64,000 nucleotides of DNA. Origin: Chloroflexota bacterium (GTDB lineage Bacteria; Chloroflexota; Anaerolineae; Anaerolineales; UBA4823). The position numbers were made by a program, and so were the translations under genes. Positions 34,251 through 43,656 of this stretch are shown here, piece by piece. The DNA is taken from assembly GCA_032124675.1 (NCBI GenBank), contig JAQBDA010000196.1:207-64206 (forward strand). Reading direction: 5' to 3'. The notes beneath the pieces were generated by a model, which was given only the letters and a program-made list of their open reading frames with translations, was not told the origin of the DNA and did no database searches. Numbering within the stretch: position 1 is the stretch's first letter; each line of letters opens with the position of its first letter.

Positions 34251-35490
34251 AGCTGAAATTGTACGCCCCCAGATCAAGCGGTTCGAAATCGGATGTCTCA
34301 CCAATGATTTCGTACCAAACATTTCCAGGTTTGAGCGAATAGGTGACGCCATTTGGCAGCACCAGTTCGATCAAGTCTGCAGGGGCATCGTGCGACCAGA
34401 TAATGGGATAGACCTGACCGTTGCGAAAGGCATACCCGTTGCCTTCCCCCACCATGGGCTGGTCGAGGATTTCGGTAGAGTTCGATTTTAGAAAGTATTC
34501 GTGCGGCGCGAGCAGGACGACCACGTTGTCGGCGGATAGCTGGCTGCCGGTTAGGCTGTCCGTTAGGGGTGCGTACTGTTTTTCAACCCCCCCGAGGGCA
34601 TTCTCGATCTCCTGGAAGCGATAGTACCGTCCGCTGGCAGGGTCATATTCCCAGTAATGGTAAGACACACCGGAATACTCCAAGAAGATCCTGTCTCCTG
34701 GGTTTCCGCTCTTTGGTACGCCGACATCAAAACGCAAGCCATTCAGATCCTGTCTCTCGTTGTTTGTACCCCGGTCTGCAAGGTATGGGCGGATCTGGGA
34801 GGTATCGGTATAAAGGTTGTTATATGCCCCCTTGGGACCAATCCGGCATAACGGGGGACAGTTATCCGGGCGCTCGACGACGAGATGCGATTTGATATCT
34901 GGGGCAAAGAAGAATTCCAGCACAGGGTCGTCTGCCCAGCCGAAGATAAATATGCCGTCGTACATGCGCATGACATGCTCATCGAACAGCCTCGCCGACC
35001 GGATCGGGCCCACCTGGCTGGCATCATTGCCATAAAAGATGCCGATAAAGCGTGACATGCTGTCCCCGATGTAGTATTCGAAAACGTGGTCAGCCAGGGA
35101 CAAGCCCCACTGCGGGCGCACGCTGCGTGGGAAGTTGGTCACCTTGATCACGATCGGTCGCCGGTTCAGCAGCGCACGCTCCTGGACAGGCAAACCGGTT
35201 AGCGGGTTGATGTCTGACGGGAAGTAGTACGGACCATAGGTATAGGTGTATGACGCTAGTGTTGGCGCCGCCGGAGGCGCAGGGGTAGGGGTTGATAGTG
35301 GGGCGGCAGTTGGTGCCTGAGTTGGTTCAGTGGTTGGTACAGCCGCTTCAGCGACCGGTTGATCGGACAGGATGGCATGTGAGAATGTGACCGGCGTTTC
35401 CTGGAAAGCGTACGCTACGGGCTGCATGGCAACTCCAACACAACCTGTCAGGAACATACTGGCGATCATCAAAGCTAGGAGGGGTTTCAT
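34237..35490 (-). CDS. DUF3048-family lipoprotein (YerB-like)
   Basis: Lipobox LTGC. RPIVIKVTNFPRSVRPQWGLSLADHVFEYY...GPIRSARLFDEHVMRMYDGIF. Paralog of the next gene. Confidence 0.75.
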   Translation of the reverse strand: MKPLLALMIASMFLTGCVGVAMQPVAYAFQETPVTFSHAILSDQPVAEAAVPTTEPTQAPTAAPLSTPTPAPPAAPTLASYTYTYGPYYFPSDINPLTGLPVQERALLNRRPIVIKVTNFPRSVRPQWGLSLADHVFEYYIGDSMSRFIGIFYGNDASQVGPIRSARLFDEHVMRMYDGIFIFGWADDPVLEFFFAPDIKSHLVVERPDNCPPLCRIGPKGAYNNLYTDTSQIRPYLADRGTNNERQDLNGLRFDVGVPKSGNPGDRIFLEYSGVSYHYWEYDPASGRYYRFQEIENALGGVEKQYAPLTDSLTGSQLSADNVVVLLAPHEYFLKSNSTEILDQPMVGEGNGYAFRNGQVYPIIWSHDAPADLIELVLPNGVTYSLKPGNVWYEIIGETSDFEPLDLGAYNFSFNFP

Positions 35491-35674
35491 CAGGCTTCAG
35501 CTCTGTCTGCAAGATGTGTGCCGCAGGGGCAGGAGCAAGGTGTGTTCTGGCTCCTGGCACGATCTACCGCAAAATTCAGCAGATCTATCTGAGAAGATCA
35601 TACCGTAGAATCGCGCCGGGAGACGTATTAATTGCCCGATAAAATTGTTAGGTTGTAAATTTTTGAAAATTAAA

Positions 35675-36895
35675 TTACGGGAAGCGGAACTCGAACCGCA
35701 TGCCATTATCCGGGGTCAGCTCGTTCGTCGATCCCTGGCCCACCACCTGGAACCACGTTGAGCCAGGTTTGAAGGCGAATGGAGTCCCGTCGAGAGAGGT
35801 CAATGTCAACATATCCGGGGTGGGGCGGTTCCATTGCAGCTGGTAAGCATTGCCATCGCGAAATGCGTAGGCTTCTCCGGTGCCTCCCAGCAGGATATCC
35901 ACGATCTCGCTGTTGCCAGACTTGTAGACATACTCGTGGATGACCTTCAACACAATCACATTGTCGGCGGCGACCTGGGTGCCATCGATACGGTCGACAA
36001 ATGGTTCGTAGCGCTCTTCCTCGCGCGTGTGAGCTTCGTCGCTGTCCTGGAAGCGCAGATACTTCCCACTCTGCGGGTCGTATTCCCAATGTACGTAGGA
36101 GCTGATCGAGTACCTGACATAAACGTTGCCACCCTGCGGATTCGCGTCGGACGGGGGCTGGTGCTTGAACGTCATCCCTTCCAATGGCTGGCGGGTGTTA
36201 TCACCGCCCTTGCCTTCGACGTATGGACCAATCTCCTGAGGGTTGGCGATCAGGAAGTTAAAACCATTGGGATCCTCGCGGCACATGGCTGGACAGGAGT
36301 TGCTGCCCTCCACGACCAGCCGGTCGGCATATTCGGAGTTGAAGAGGCGATTCAGGATACGCTGGTCTCCACCCCCGAAGGCAAAGATGGTCTCGTACAT
36401 ACGTGTCAAATGGCTGTCGAACAGCCGGGCCGAGCGGACAGGACCGACCTTATCCGGGTTGTTGCCGTAGAAGACTGCGTATAGCCGCGTAAGCCCGTTG
36501 TTCTGGTAATAATCGTAGACGATATCCGCCAATGTGACGGCGTAATCGGGGCGTTGGGTGCGCGGGAAGGTCTGGACCTTCACCGCCACCGGTCGCCGCT
36601 CAAGGTATGCAGCTTCCCCGGGGGACAGGCAGGTGAGCGGGTTGATGCCCGCCGGATAGTTGCCCGGGCTGCAATCCTGGGGCGGGATTTCAGTCGCCGT
36701 GGCTGTGGCTGTCGGTTCGGTTGTCGGTGTGGCGGTCTCAGTTGGCGGTACCGGGGTGACGGTTGCTGACGCGGTGGCGGCACTGCTCGTGACTGTGGCT
36801 GATGGGGTCTCCTGCGGTTGAGGGACGGATGAACTGCAAGCCGTCATCACCAGCACAAGTACCAGTATAAGTACGAATGAATAAGACTTTGTCAT
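35675..36895 (-). CDS. DUF3048-family lipoprotein (paralog)
   Basis: Lipobox MTAC. RPVAVKVQTFPRTQRPDYAVTLADIVYDYY...GPVRSARLFDSHLTRMYETIF. Confidence 0.75.
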   Translation of the reverse strand: MTKSYSFVLILVLVLVMTACSSSVPQPQETPSATVTSSAATASATVTPVPPTETATPTTEPTATATATEIPPQDCSPGNYPAGINPLTCLSPGEAAYLERRPVAVKVQTFPRTQRPDYAVTLADIVYDYYQNNGLTRLYAVFYGNNPDKVGPVRSARLFDSHLTRMYETIFAFGGGDQRILNRLFNSEYADRLVVEGSNSCPAMCREDPNGFNFLIANPQEIGPYVEGKGGDNTRQPLEGMTFKHQPPSDANPQGGNVYVRYSISSYVHWEYDPQSGKYLRFQDSDEAHTREEERYEPFVDRIDGTQVAADNVIVLKVIHEYVYKSGNSEIVDILLGGTGEAYAFRDGNAYQLQWNRPTPDMLTLTSLDGTPFAFKPGSTWFQVVGQGSTNELTPDNGMRFEFRFP

Positions 36896-36981
36896 ACGCG
36901 ATTCCAGTCAGGCATAGGGTATATTCTGATCGACATACAAGGCTTTATCATACCGCAATTGATGTGCTTTGCCAACACAGC

Positions 36982-37009
36982 TTGCGTTTTGGAAAAAATG
37001 CCCTATAAT
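36982..37009 (+). promoter_or_regulatory. Promoter giving a probable leaderless mRNA for the DUF2085 gene
   Basis: TTGCGT (36982-36987), 16 nt, TATAAT (37004-37009). ATG 37017 lies 7 nt past the -10 box. Confidence 0.5.
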
Positions 37010-37016
37010 CGGGTTC

Positions 37017-37835
37017 ATGAATCAAGCTGCTCCCCGGACGAAACCGGCTGCTCCATCCTGGAACAAGCTGGTGATAGCTGGTGTGTTCCTGCTGCTGGTC
37101 GGCTGGCTGCTGAGCACTCCCTCAGGTTTATTGGGCAAGGCCGATGCAATCGGTTATGCTGTCTGCCATCGCATCGACCTGCGTTCGTTCCACCTGGGAG
37201 AGCGCCAGGTCGCGCTGTGTGCGCGCTGCACGGGGATGTATCTGGGGGCTGTCCTGGCGCTGGTTTTTCAAGCTGTGGTTGGTCGCAGGCGTGCTGGTCT
37301 GCCATCCAGACCGATCCTGTTCTTCCTGGCAGTCATGGCACTGGCATTTGTCGTGGATGGGCTTAATTCATTTATCAGCCTTATCCCCGGTCTCCCAATC
37401 TTATACCAGCCTCAGAATTGGTCCCGGCTTTTAACCGGCACCGGGATGGGGATCGTTATTGCCGTGGCGCTGTTCCCCGGTTTCAACCAGACGGTCTGGG
37501 AGAATTATGATCGAAAACCGGCAATCGAGAGCATGGGTACTTTCCTGCTGTTGCTATGCATTGCTTTACTGTTTGATCTGATGATACTTTCAGGAAATCC
37601 ATACCTGCTCTACCCGTTATCGCTGGTGAGTGCCGCGGGGGTTCTGGTGATCTTAACGATGGTCTACAGTATGGTCTGGGTGCTGATCCTGCGCTCAGAA
37701 AACCGCTATGCTCGCTTGAGCGAGATGCTCTTCCCTCTGGTCGGCGGCTTTGGATTCGCCTTGCTGCAGATCGCTCTGCTGGATTTCGGCAGGTTCTTGT
37801 TAACCGGCACCTGGGATGGATTCCATCTGGGGTGA
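37017..37835 (+). CDS. DUF2085-family membrane protein
   Basis: CHRIDLRSFHLGERQVALCARCTGMYLG is the DUF2085 signature, followed by several TMs. The track start (TTG 36969) lies upstream of the promoter-like element. Confidence 0.7.
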   Translation: MNQAAPRTKPAAPSWNKLVIAGVFLLLVGWLLSTPSGLLGKADAIGYAVCHRIDLRSFHLGERQVALCARCTGMYLGAVLALVFQAVVGRRRAGLPSRPILFFLAVMALAFVVDGLNSFISLIPGLPILYQPQNWSRLLTGTGMGIVIAVALFPGFNQTVWENYDRKPAIESMGTFLLLLCIALLFDLMILSGNPYLLYPLSLVSAAGVLVILTMVYSMVWVLILRSENRYARLSEMLFPLVGGFGFALLQIALLDFGRFLLTGTWDGFHLG

Positions 37836-38046
37836 CCCCTGCCCGCTCAGGTCGGCAGCATAAGCGTTGTATGGTGTACCCGGATGAGAATACAGCGCCT
37901 GCCTACCAGATTCGAGATGATTTCAAGTAAAATAGTTCAGGAAACATGCGGATGATGAGTTTGGATGGGGGTGTCCGGTCGGTCGCCGAATACCCTTTCA
38001 TCAATCTGCGTTTAACCAGATTTCATCCATGCTTTGGAGGTGAATA

Positions 38047-38616
38047 GTGGAAGCCTTGGGTAGTATTCTTACTGCATTCGGTCTCTCTGCCAGCGCTGGG
38101 TTGAATGCGTATATACCATTGCTGGTCATTGCGCTGTTGGCCCGTTTTACAGATCTTATTAAACTCAGCCCTCCGTGGGATACCTTGGAAAACCCATGGA
38201 TTATTGGTCTGCTGGCGGTACTGGTACTGATCGAGTTTTTTGCCGATAAGTTCCCGGCGGTCAACCACGTCAATGATGCGATCCAAACCTTTGTGCGGCC
38301 GGTTGCTGGCGCACTGCTCTTTGCAGCCAGCGCCAGGGTGATCACAGATGTCCACCCGGTCATTTCCCTCGGGGCTGGATTGCTGGTAGCGGGCAGCGTG
38401 CATGCAGTAAAATCGCTTGCTATCCGTCCTGCTGTTACGGCGACGACCGGCGGAGTCGGGAATACCCCGGTAAGCATCCTGGAGGACATTGTGGCAGGCG
38501 TGGTCTCGATCTTATCGATTGTGATCCCAGTCCTTTTCGCTGTGCTGGCTATCATAATCACGTCCTGGATTGTATGGAGGATGTGGTACCGCCCCGGGGC
38601 AAGGCGACCTGCATAA
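38047..38616 (+). CDS. DUF4126-family membrane protein
   Basis: FGLSASAGLNAYIPLLVIALLARF...LIEFFADKFPAVNHVNDAIQTFVRPVAGALL. GGAGGTG RBS, GTG start. Confidence 0.7.
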   Translation: MEALGSILTAFGLSASAGLNAYIPLLVIALLARFTDLIKLSPPWDTLENPWIIGLLAVLVLIEFFADKFPAVNHVNDAIQTFVRPVAGALLFAASARVITDVHPVISLGAGLLVAGSVHAVKSLAIRPAVTATTGGVGNTPVSILEDIVAGVVSILSIVIPVLFAVLAIIITSWIVWRMWYRPGARRPA

Positions 38617-38717
38617 TCGCTGGGTATTTCGGTGACCGTTTTCTCAGGCGTATTCGTCTTGATCAATCTGGATCTGTTTTCTGACGCGGATGCGCACATC
38701 ACTATAAAGGAGCTGGC

Positions 38718-38897
38718 ATGACAGAAGATTTTGGCACCCCCTATACACCTATTGAAGCACCTCCGAGCAGGAACAACACCCCGATCATCATCGCGATCGT
38801 GGTGCTGGTGGTGATATGCTGCTGCTGCACGCTGATCGCGGGCGGTTTTGCCTGGAGTTTCGGGGATGTTTTGATGCAATCCCTGGGAGTATATTGA
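38718..38897 (+). CDS. 59-aa single-TM peptide with a CCCC motif (below the ORF-track cutoff)
   Basis: AAGGAG RBS 7 nt upstream of the ATG. My translation: MTEDFGTPYTPIEAPPSRNNTPIIIAIVVLVVICCCCTLIAGGFAWSFGDVLMQSLGVY. Confidence 0.45.
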   Translation: MTEDFGTPYTPIEAPPSRNNTPIIIAIVVLVVICCCCTLIAGGFAWSFGDVLMQSLGVY

Positions 38898-38923
38898 TCT
38901 AATATTTATCGTCTAATTGCTGG

Positions 38924-39661
38924 CTACCGGATCCCGCTGTCCAGCAGCATCTTGAGGGGGGTGAATTGATTCGGCTTCACATCCACTTCAAGTGGTGTGC
39001 CAGCGGGGAACGGCTTTCCCGCTGGAGGAGCGATGATGTATTGGCCTGGGGGCAGGTTCACCTCAAAGCTCCCCTCAGGATTGGTTGATATCTCTGCGAC
39101 AATCGATCCATTTTCATCCGAAACCACCAGGGTTCCCTGGAAGGGCTGGTCGGGGCAGTCTTTGTCCGGAGAGACCGGACCCGGGCAGGCAGGACCAACC
39201 AGAACTGTGCCTTTAATGCCGCTGGTGGGGGCTAGGATGTGGTAGATCACCCCATCCTGGCTGGTATGTACTTCAACCAGTCCGTACGGGGTATCGAAGA
39301 TCAGCTGGTATCCCGGGGTGATCACCATCATGCACTGGATCCCCGATCTGTGGACACCCAGGCACGAATCAGGCCATTCAACGGCTGTTTGTGATATCAA
39401 TCTGACTAGCTCGGGCTTGAGGTCATACTGCCGTACCACGCCTTCATGCGCATCTACAAAGCGTTCCGGGAGGATGACCGGTGGCAATGTCTCAGCAGAC
39501 GCTGGTTCGGTGGTGGTGGGTGGCTGTGCAATTGTGCTGGTCGGCAGCGGTTCCACGTGGACCGTAGGGGTGAGCAGCTCGGGGCCCTGGCTGCAGGCAG
39601 CTGTTAGCGCAATAGTCAGGGCAGGGATCGTTAATAGAAAACGGCGTATCATCAGGAACAC
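38924..39661 (-). CDS. Lipoprotein with a C-terminal carboxypeptidase-regulatory-like beta-sandwich; function unknown
   Basis: Lipobox LTAAC. C-terminus GTLVVSDENGSIVAEISTNPEGSFEVNLPPGQYII. Confidence 0.55.
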   Translation of the reverse strand: MFLMIRRFLLTIPALTIALTAACSQGPELLTPTVHVEPLPTSTIAQPPTTTEPASAETLPPVILPERFVDAHEGVVRQYDLKPELVRLISQTAVEWPDSCLGVHRSGIQCMMVITPGYQLIFDTPYGLVEVHTSQDGVIYHILAPTSGIKGTVLVGPACPGPVSPDKDCPDQPFQGTLVVSDENGSIVAEISTNPEGSFEVNLPPGQYIIAPPAGKPFPAGTPLEVDVKPNQFTPLKMLLDSGIR

Positions 39662-39924
39662 TCCTTAGAAGTAGACCTACATCTAGGCAATTCGCTAAAA
39701 GAAATTTAGTATACTCGGTTGCTGATCATAGCGAATTGCTTAAGCAAACCGCCGTGTAGCTGGTGCATTTTGTATAGATGTTTTCGGCGGTTTGCCTGGG
39801 ATAATGACGGTCTGGTGAGCGATAGGGTTCCCGAAATGGTCACATTATGATGCCGTGGGGAGATGCCAGGCAGTTTCACCACCCGGAACCTCCCCAAATT
39901 TTTCCAATCTATGGGTCTCGCTGC

Positions 39925-40770
39925 TTACTTCTCAATCGGTGCGTTCACCAGGTTCCCCCACTCTGTCCAGGACCCATCGTAATTGCGTACCCCGGGATAG
40001 CCAAGCAGATAGGTGAGCACAAACCAGGTGTGCGAGCTGCGCTCGCCGATCCGGCAGTATGCGATGATATCTTGATCGGAGGTTATCCCATAGCTCTCGT
40101 AGAGCTGCGCCAGCTCTGCGGCTGATTTGAAGGTGCTGTCTTCTTCGTTTGTCGCCTGCGACCATGGGATGCTGACTGCGCCAGGGATATGACCACCGCG
40201 GGTGGCACCTTCTTGCGGATAGTTCGGCATATGGAGCAGCTCGCCGGTGTATTCTTTCCCCGAGCGCACATCGACTAACGGTTTTTTCTTGGAGATGTGC
40301 TCGAATACATGCTCGCGGTAGGCGCGGATATCCGGATCGGGATCCTGCCCGCGATAGCCGGTTCTCTCATACTGAGCCGTCTCTTTCGTCAATTGGCGTT
40401 TCTCCTGCACCCATTTGGTGCGCCCTCCGTTCATGATCCTGAGCTTTACATGCCTATAATACTTGAAGAGCCAGAATGCATATGTGGCAAACCAGTTGCT
40501 CTTGTCACCATAGAAAATGACGGTTGTGCCGTTGGTGATCCCCAGTTCGGAACACAGATTCTCAAACTCCGGCCTGCTCAGGAAATCCCGCCGCAATGGA
40601 TGCTGCAAGGTGGTAAACCAGTCGACTTTTACAGCTCCAGGGATGTGCCCTGTCTCGTATAACAGGTAATCTTCATTCGATTCGACAAGCCGGACATCGG
40701 GATCGTCCAGATGTTGGGCGACCCAATCGGTATCGACCAGATATTCTGGGTGGGCATATTCGCTGCTCAT
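39925..40770 (-). CDS. Tandem-rhodanese thiosulfate/3-mercaptopyruvate sulfurtransferase
   Basis: Two rhodanese halves ([11 protein letters not shown]; [11 protein letters not shown]). Active-site loop CRIGERSSH. Confidence 0.85.
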   Translation of the reverse strand: MSSEYAHPEYLVDTDWVAQHLDDPDVRLVESNEDYLLYETGHIPGAVKVDWFTTLQHPLRRDFLSRPEFENLCSELGITNGTTVIFYGDKSNWFATYAFWLFKYYRHVKLRIMNGGRTKWVQEKRQLTKETAQYERTGYRGQDPDPDIRAYREHVFEHISKKKPLVDVRSGKEYTGELLHMPNYPQEGATRGGHIPGAVSIPWSQATNEEDSTFKSAAELAQLYESYGITSDQDIIAYCRIGERSSHTWFVLTYLLGYPGVRNYDGSWTEWGNLVNAPIEK

Positions 40771-40843
40771 AATTGCATATCCTCCATAATATGTCTAATT
40801 TCTCTATATTTATTATAAAAAATAGTTCCCTGCAAGTCAAGTT

Positions 40844-41887
40844 TTAGGCTGGGAAAACCTGTATAGCGTGCAGCGGGTCGAACCGCAGCTGGATTGGCGC
40901 ACCTTCTACCAGCAGTTGGGTGCTGTAAGGCAAATCAAAAACCAGCTCCACACCGTTCGCATCGACCACTGCGCGGCAGGTGTTCCCCCGGAAGGAGCAG
41001 GTGACCAGCACGCCATCCAGTGCTGCCGGAGACCGCCCTTGAAGGTCAACCGCGTCTGGTCGCAGCAAGACGGTCGCCTTGCCAGCGGGCTGCGGCTGGA
41101 TCGGGAACTCCCCGATGGAAGTTGAGACAAATGTCCCCCCGTCTGCCTGATAGATATCCCCAGGCAGCAGGTTGCCCAGACCTAGGAACCGCGCTACAAA
41201 TACAGATGCCGGGCTGCGGTAGATTTCGAGCGGAGAACCTGCCTGTTCAACCCTTCCGGCATTCAGCACGATGATGCGGCTTGCCAGTGCGAAAGCTTCT
41301 TCCTGGTCGTGGGTCACATAAATCGCAGTCTGGCTTGTCTTGCGCAGAATCTGGCTCAACTCCATGACAAGCCGTTCGCGCAGATTCCTGTCCAGCGAAC
41401 CCAATGGCTCATCGAGCATCAGCAGCCGGGGGGAAGGTGCTAAAGATCGTGCCAGCGCCACTCGCTGTTGCTCCCCGCCGGAGAGGGTGTTCACATCCCG
41501 CTTGCCGAAGCCGGATAGGCCCACCAACTCCATCACCTCAGAGACGCGCTGCTCTGTCTGGCGAGGTTCCATATCCAGCATGCGCAGACCGAAGGCGATA
41601 TTGGCAGATACATTCATATGCGGAAATAGAGCGAAGTCCTGGAACATCAGGCCAAAACCGCGCCGGTGAGGGGGAATTTCTGCCAGGTCGTCCTCCATCC
41701 ACTGCACAAATCCCCGGTCGGGCCGCTCCAATCCGGCGATAATCGACAGGATCGTCGATTTACCACAGCCGCTGGGTCCCAGCAGTGCCACGATCTCACT
41801 GGGATGCACTTCGAATGAGACACCGGCGACGGCCTGCGTCTGGGCATAAGACTTGTGGATACCGATCAGTCGTAAGCCATGCATCAA
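40844..41887 (-). CDS. ABC importer ATPase (ThiQ/FbpC-like, C-terminal TOBE-like domain)
   Basis: Walker A GPSGCGKST, signature LSGGEQQRVALAR, Walker B LLMLDEP. ATGA-type 4-nt overlap with the permease gene. Confidence 0.85.
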   Translation of the reverse strand: MMHGLRLIGIHKSYAQTQAVAGVSFEVHPSEIVALLGPSGCGKSTILSIIAGLERPDRGFVQWMEDDLAEIPPHRRGFGLMFQDFALFPHMNVSANIAFGLRMLDMEPRQTEQRVSEVMELVGLSGFGKRDVNTLSGGEQQRVALARSLAPSPRLLMLDEPLGSLDRNLRERLVMELSQILRKTSQTAIYVTHDQEEAFALASRIIVLNAGRVEQAGSPLEIYRSPASVFVARFLGLGNLLPGDIYQADGGTFVSTSIGEFPIQPQPAGKATVLLRPDAVDLQGRSPAALDGVLVTCSFRGNTCRAVVDANGVELVFDLPYSTQLLVEGAPIQLRFDPLHAIQVFPA

Positions 41888-43656
41888 AACTCGCCGATAT
41901 CCGCGAACCGAAAACGCTCAATCGCCAGCATTCCCGCAGCAGTGATGATCATCAGGATCGTGCTCAGCGCCATCGCCTGCCCGTAGTTCAGCGCACCGGG
42001 TTGGGAGATGAAGCGATAGATCATAATCGGGATGGTAGGATATTCAGGTCGGGCGATCAGCGCGGTAGCACCGAACTCGCCCAATGAGATAGTGAACGCG
42101 AAGGCTGCCGCAACGAAAAGCGCCCGGGCGACCAGCGGCAGGTCGATGATACGAAACACCTGCCAGGGTGGTGCTCCCAGCACGGCGGCTGCATCGCGCA
42201 GGCGCGGGCGGATCGAATGGATGGCCGGTGTCAGGCTGCGCACCACGAATGGGAATGCCACCAGCGTATGGGCGATGGGGATCAAGATTGGCGAGGCGCG
42301 CAGATTCAGCGGCGGTCGGTTGAGCGCCACAATGAAACCCAGTCCTAAAGTGACTGCCGAGGTGCCGAGCGGCAGCATGAGCACCGGATCAAGTGCCCTG
42401 TTGAGTGACGACCCGCTGCTGCGGGCGAGTGCCCATGCCACCGGCATCCCCAGGGCAAGTGCTAGCAGGACTGTGGCTGCCGCATAGCTGAGCGAGACTG
42501 CGATGGCTCTGGTGGGCGGGACGTAAAATAACGAATCTCGGCGGTTGATGGATAATTCCTGGTAGTAAGCCAGTGTCAACCCTCGCTCGACTGTGGTGGT
42601 CTGGCCGCGTTCGGCATCCAGGCGCGTTATCGACCGGGCTGCCAGGGCGAATAACGGCAAGGTCTCCAGGACAAGCAGGGGTACGATCACCATAAAAGCC
42701 AGCAGCCGGCTACGCCAGCTCGAAAGCCACCGCTGCGTTAGCCGCTGCGGGCGCAGGCTGAGCGGGCGCGAAGTGCGTTCGGACAGCCGGGTATAGATCA
42801 CAGTCATCGCCAGTGTGCAGACCAGCTGGATGATGGAGAGCGCAGCAGCCAGCGGCAGGTTGAACAACCCGATGGTCTGGTAGTATATTTCGACCTCGAG
42901 CGTGGCGAAACGCGGCCCGCCCAGCACCAGGATTACCCCAAACGAAGTGAAATCGAAAATAAATACCAACAGCGCGGCGGCTGTGATCGCCGGCATCAAG
43001 AGCGGCAGGGTGATTTTCCGCAGGGCTTGCCAGGGCGATGCACCGAGCACATTAGCCGCCTGGGTCATCCGGGGGTCGACGCGTGACCAAAAATCCCCCA
43101 CCAAGCGCAGGACGATGGTCAGGTTATAGAATATGTGAGCGACCAGGATGGCTGTGAAGGTGTGGACGAATTGTACCGGCGGCTGCGATAGGTTGAATAT
43201 TTCCATCAATGCCAGATTGATCCACCCGTTGGGGCCGAGCAGGGCGTAGAACGCTGCCGCTACGACCAGCGTGGGCATGACAAAGGGTATTGCGGTCAGG
43301 GCGAGCAGGATGGATTTCCCCCGGAAATCGTAGCGCGCCAACAGGTAAGCACCAGGCAGACCGACGACCAGTGTCAGTATGGTTGACACGAATGCCTGCC
43401 AAAGAGTAAACCACAATACCCTCAGCTGAGCAGGGGAGGTCAGCGCCTGCTGAAATGGCGCAGCCAAACCCGCTTCCCCACGCGACAGGCTGGTGGCCAG
43501 AATTTTGCCCAGCGGGTAAAAGTAAAACAGCGCCAGGAACGACAGCGGGATTGCCCAGAGAGCGATCTGGCGCCAGTTCAGGTACAGCTTCTTCCCTCTC
43601 ACACGCACCGGCTGCCTCCCTAGCGCAGCACCGTTTCGGTCCAGGCGTTGATCCAC
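41884..43656 (-). CDS. ABC importer permease with duplicated membrane domain (ThiP/FbpB-like)
   Basis: 590 aa with two repeated permease halves, located between the SBP and ATPase genes. The start may be downstream of 43656, since it overlaps the SBP gene. Confidence 0.8.
   Translation of the reverse strand: MDQRLDRNGAALGRQPVRVRGKKLYLNWRQIALWAIPLSFLALFYFYPLGKILATSLSRGEAGLAAPFQQALTSPAQLRVLWFTLWQAFVSTILTLVVGLPGAYLLARYDFRGKSILLALTAIPFVMPTLVVAAAFYALLGPNGWINLALMEIFNLSQPPVQFVHTFTAILVAHIFYNLTIVLRLVGDFWSRVDPRMTQAANVLGASPWQALRKITLPLLMPAITAAALLVFIFDFTSFGVILVLGGPRFATLEVEIYYQTIGLFNLPLAAALSIIQLVCTLAMTVIYTRLSERTSRPLSLRPQRLTQRWLSSWRSRLLAFMVIVPLLVLETLPLFALAARSITRLDAERGQTTTVERGLTLAYYQELSINRRDSLFYVPPTRAIAVSLSYAAATVLLALALGMPVAWALARSSGSSLNRALDPVLMLPLGTSAVTLGLGFIVALNRPPLNLRASPILIPIAHTLVAFPFVVRSLTPAIHSIRPRLRDAAAVLGAPPWQVFRIIDLPLVARALFVAAAFAFTISLGEFGATALIARPEYPTIPIMIYRFISQPGALNYGQAMALSTILMIITAAGMLAIERFRFADIGEF

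Noticed and set aside
35834-36484. 216-aa + strand ORF
   Set aside because: Antisense to the DUF3048 paralog, whose frame is validated by similarity to its neighbour.
38001-38879. 292-aa minus-strand ORF
   Set aside because: It lies antisense to a well-formed DUF4126 gene (with RBS) and to the small CCCC peptide. It has no motifs and a biased composition, so it is a shadow ORF.
39706-39897. 63-aa minus-strand ORF in the gap between the lipoprotein and rhodanese genes
   Set aside because: No RBS, no motifs, and it lies in a likely promoter/terminator region. Insufficient support.
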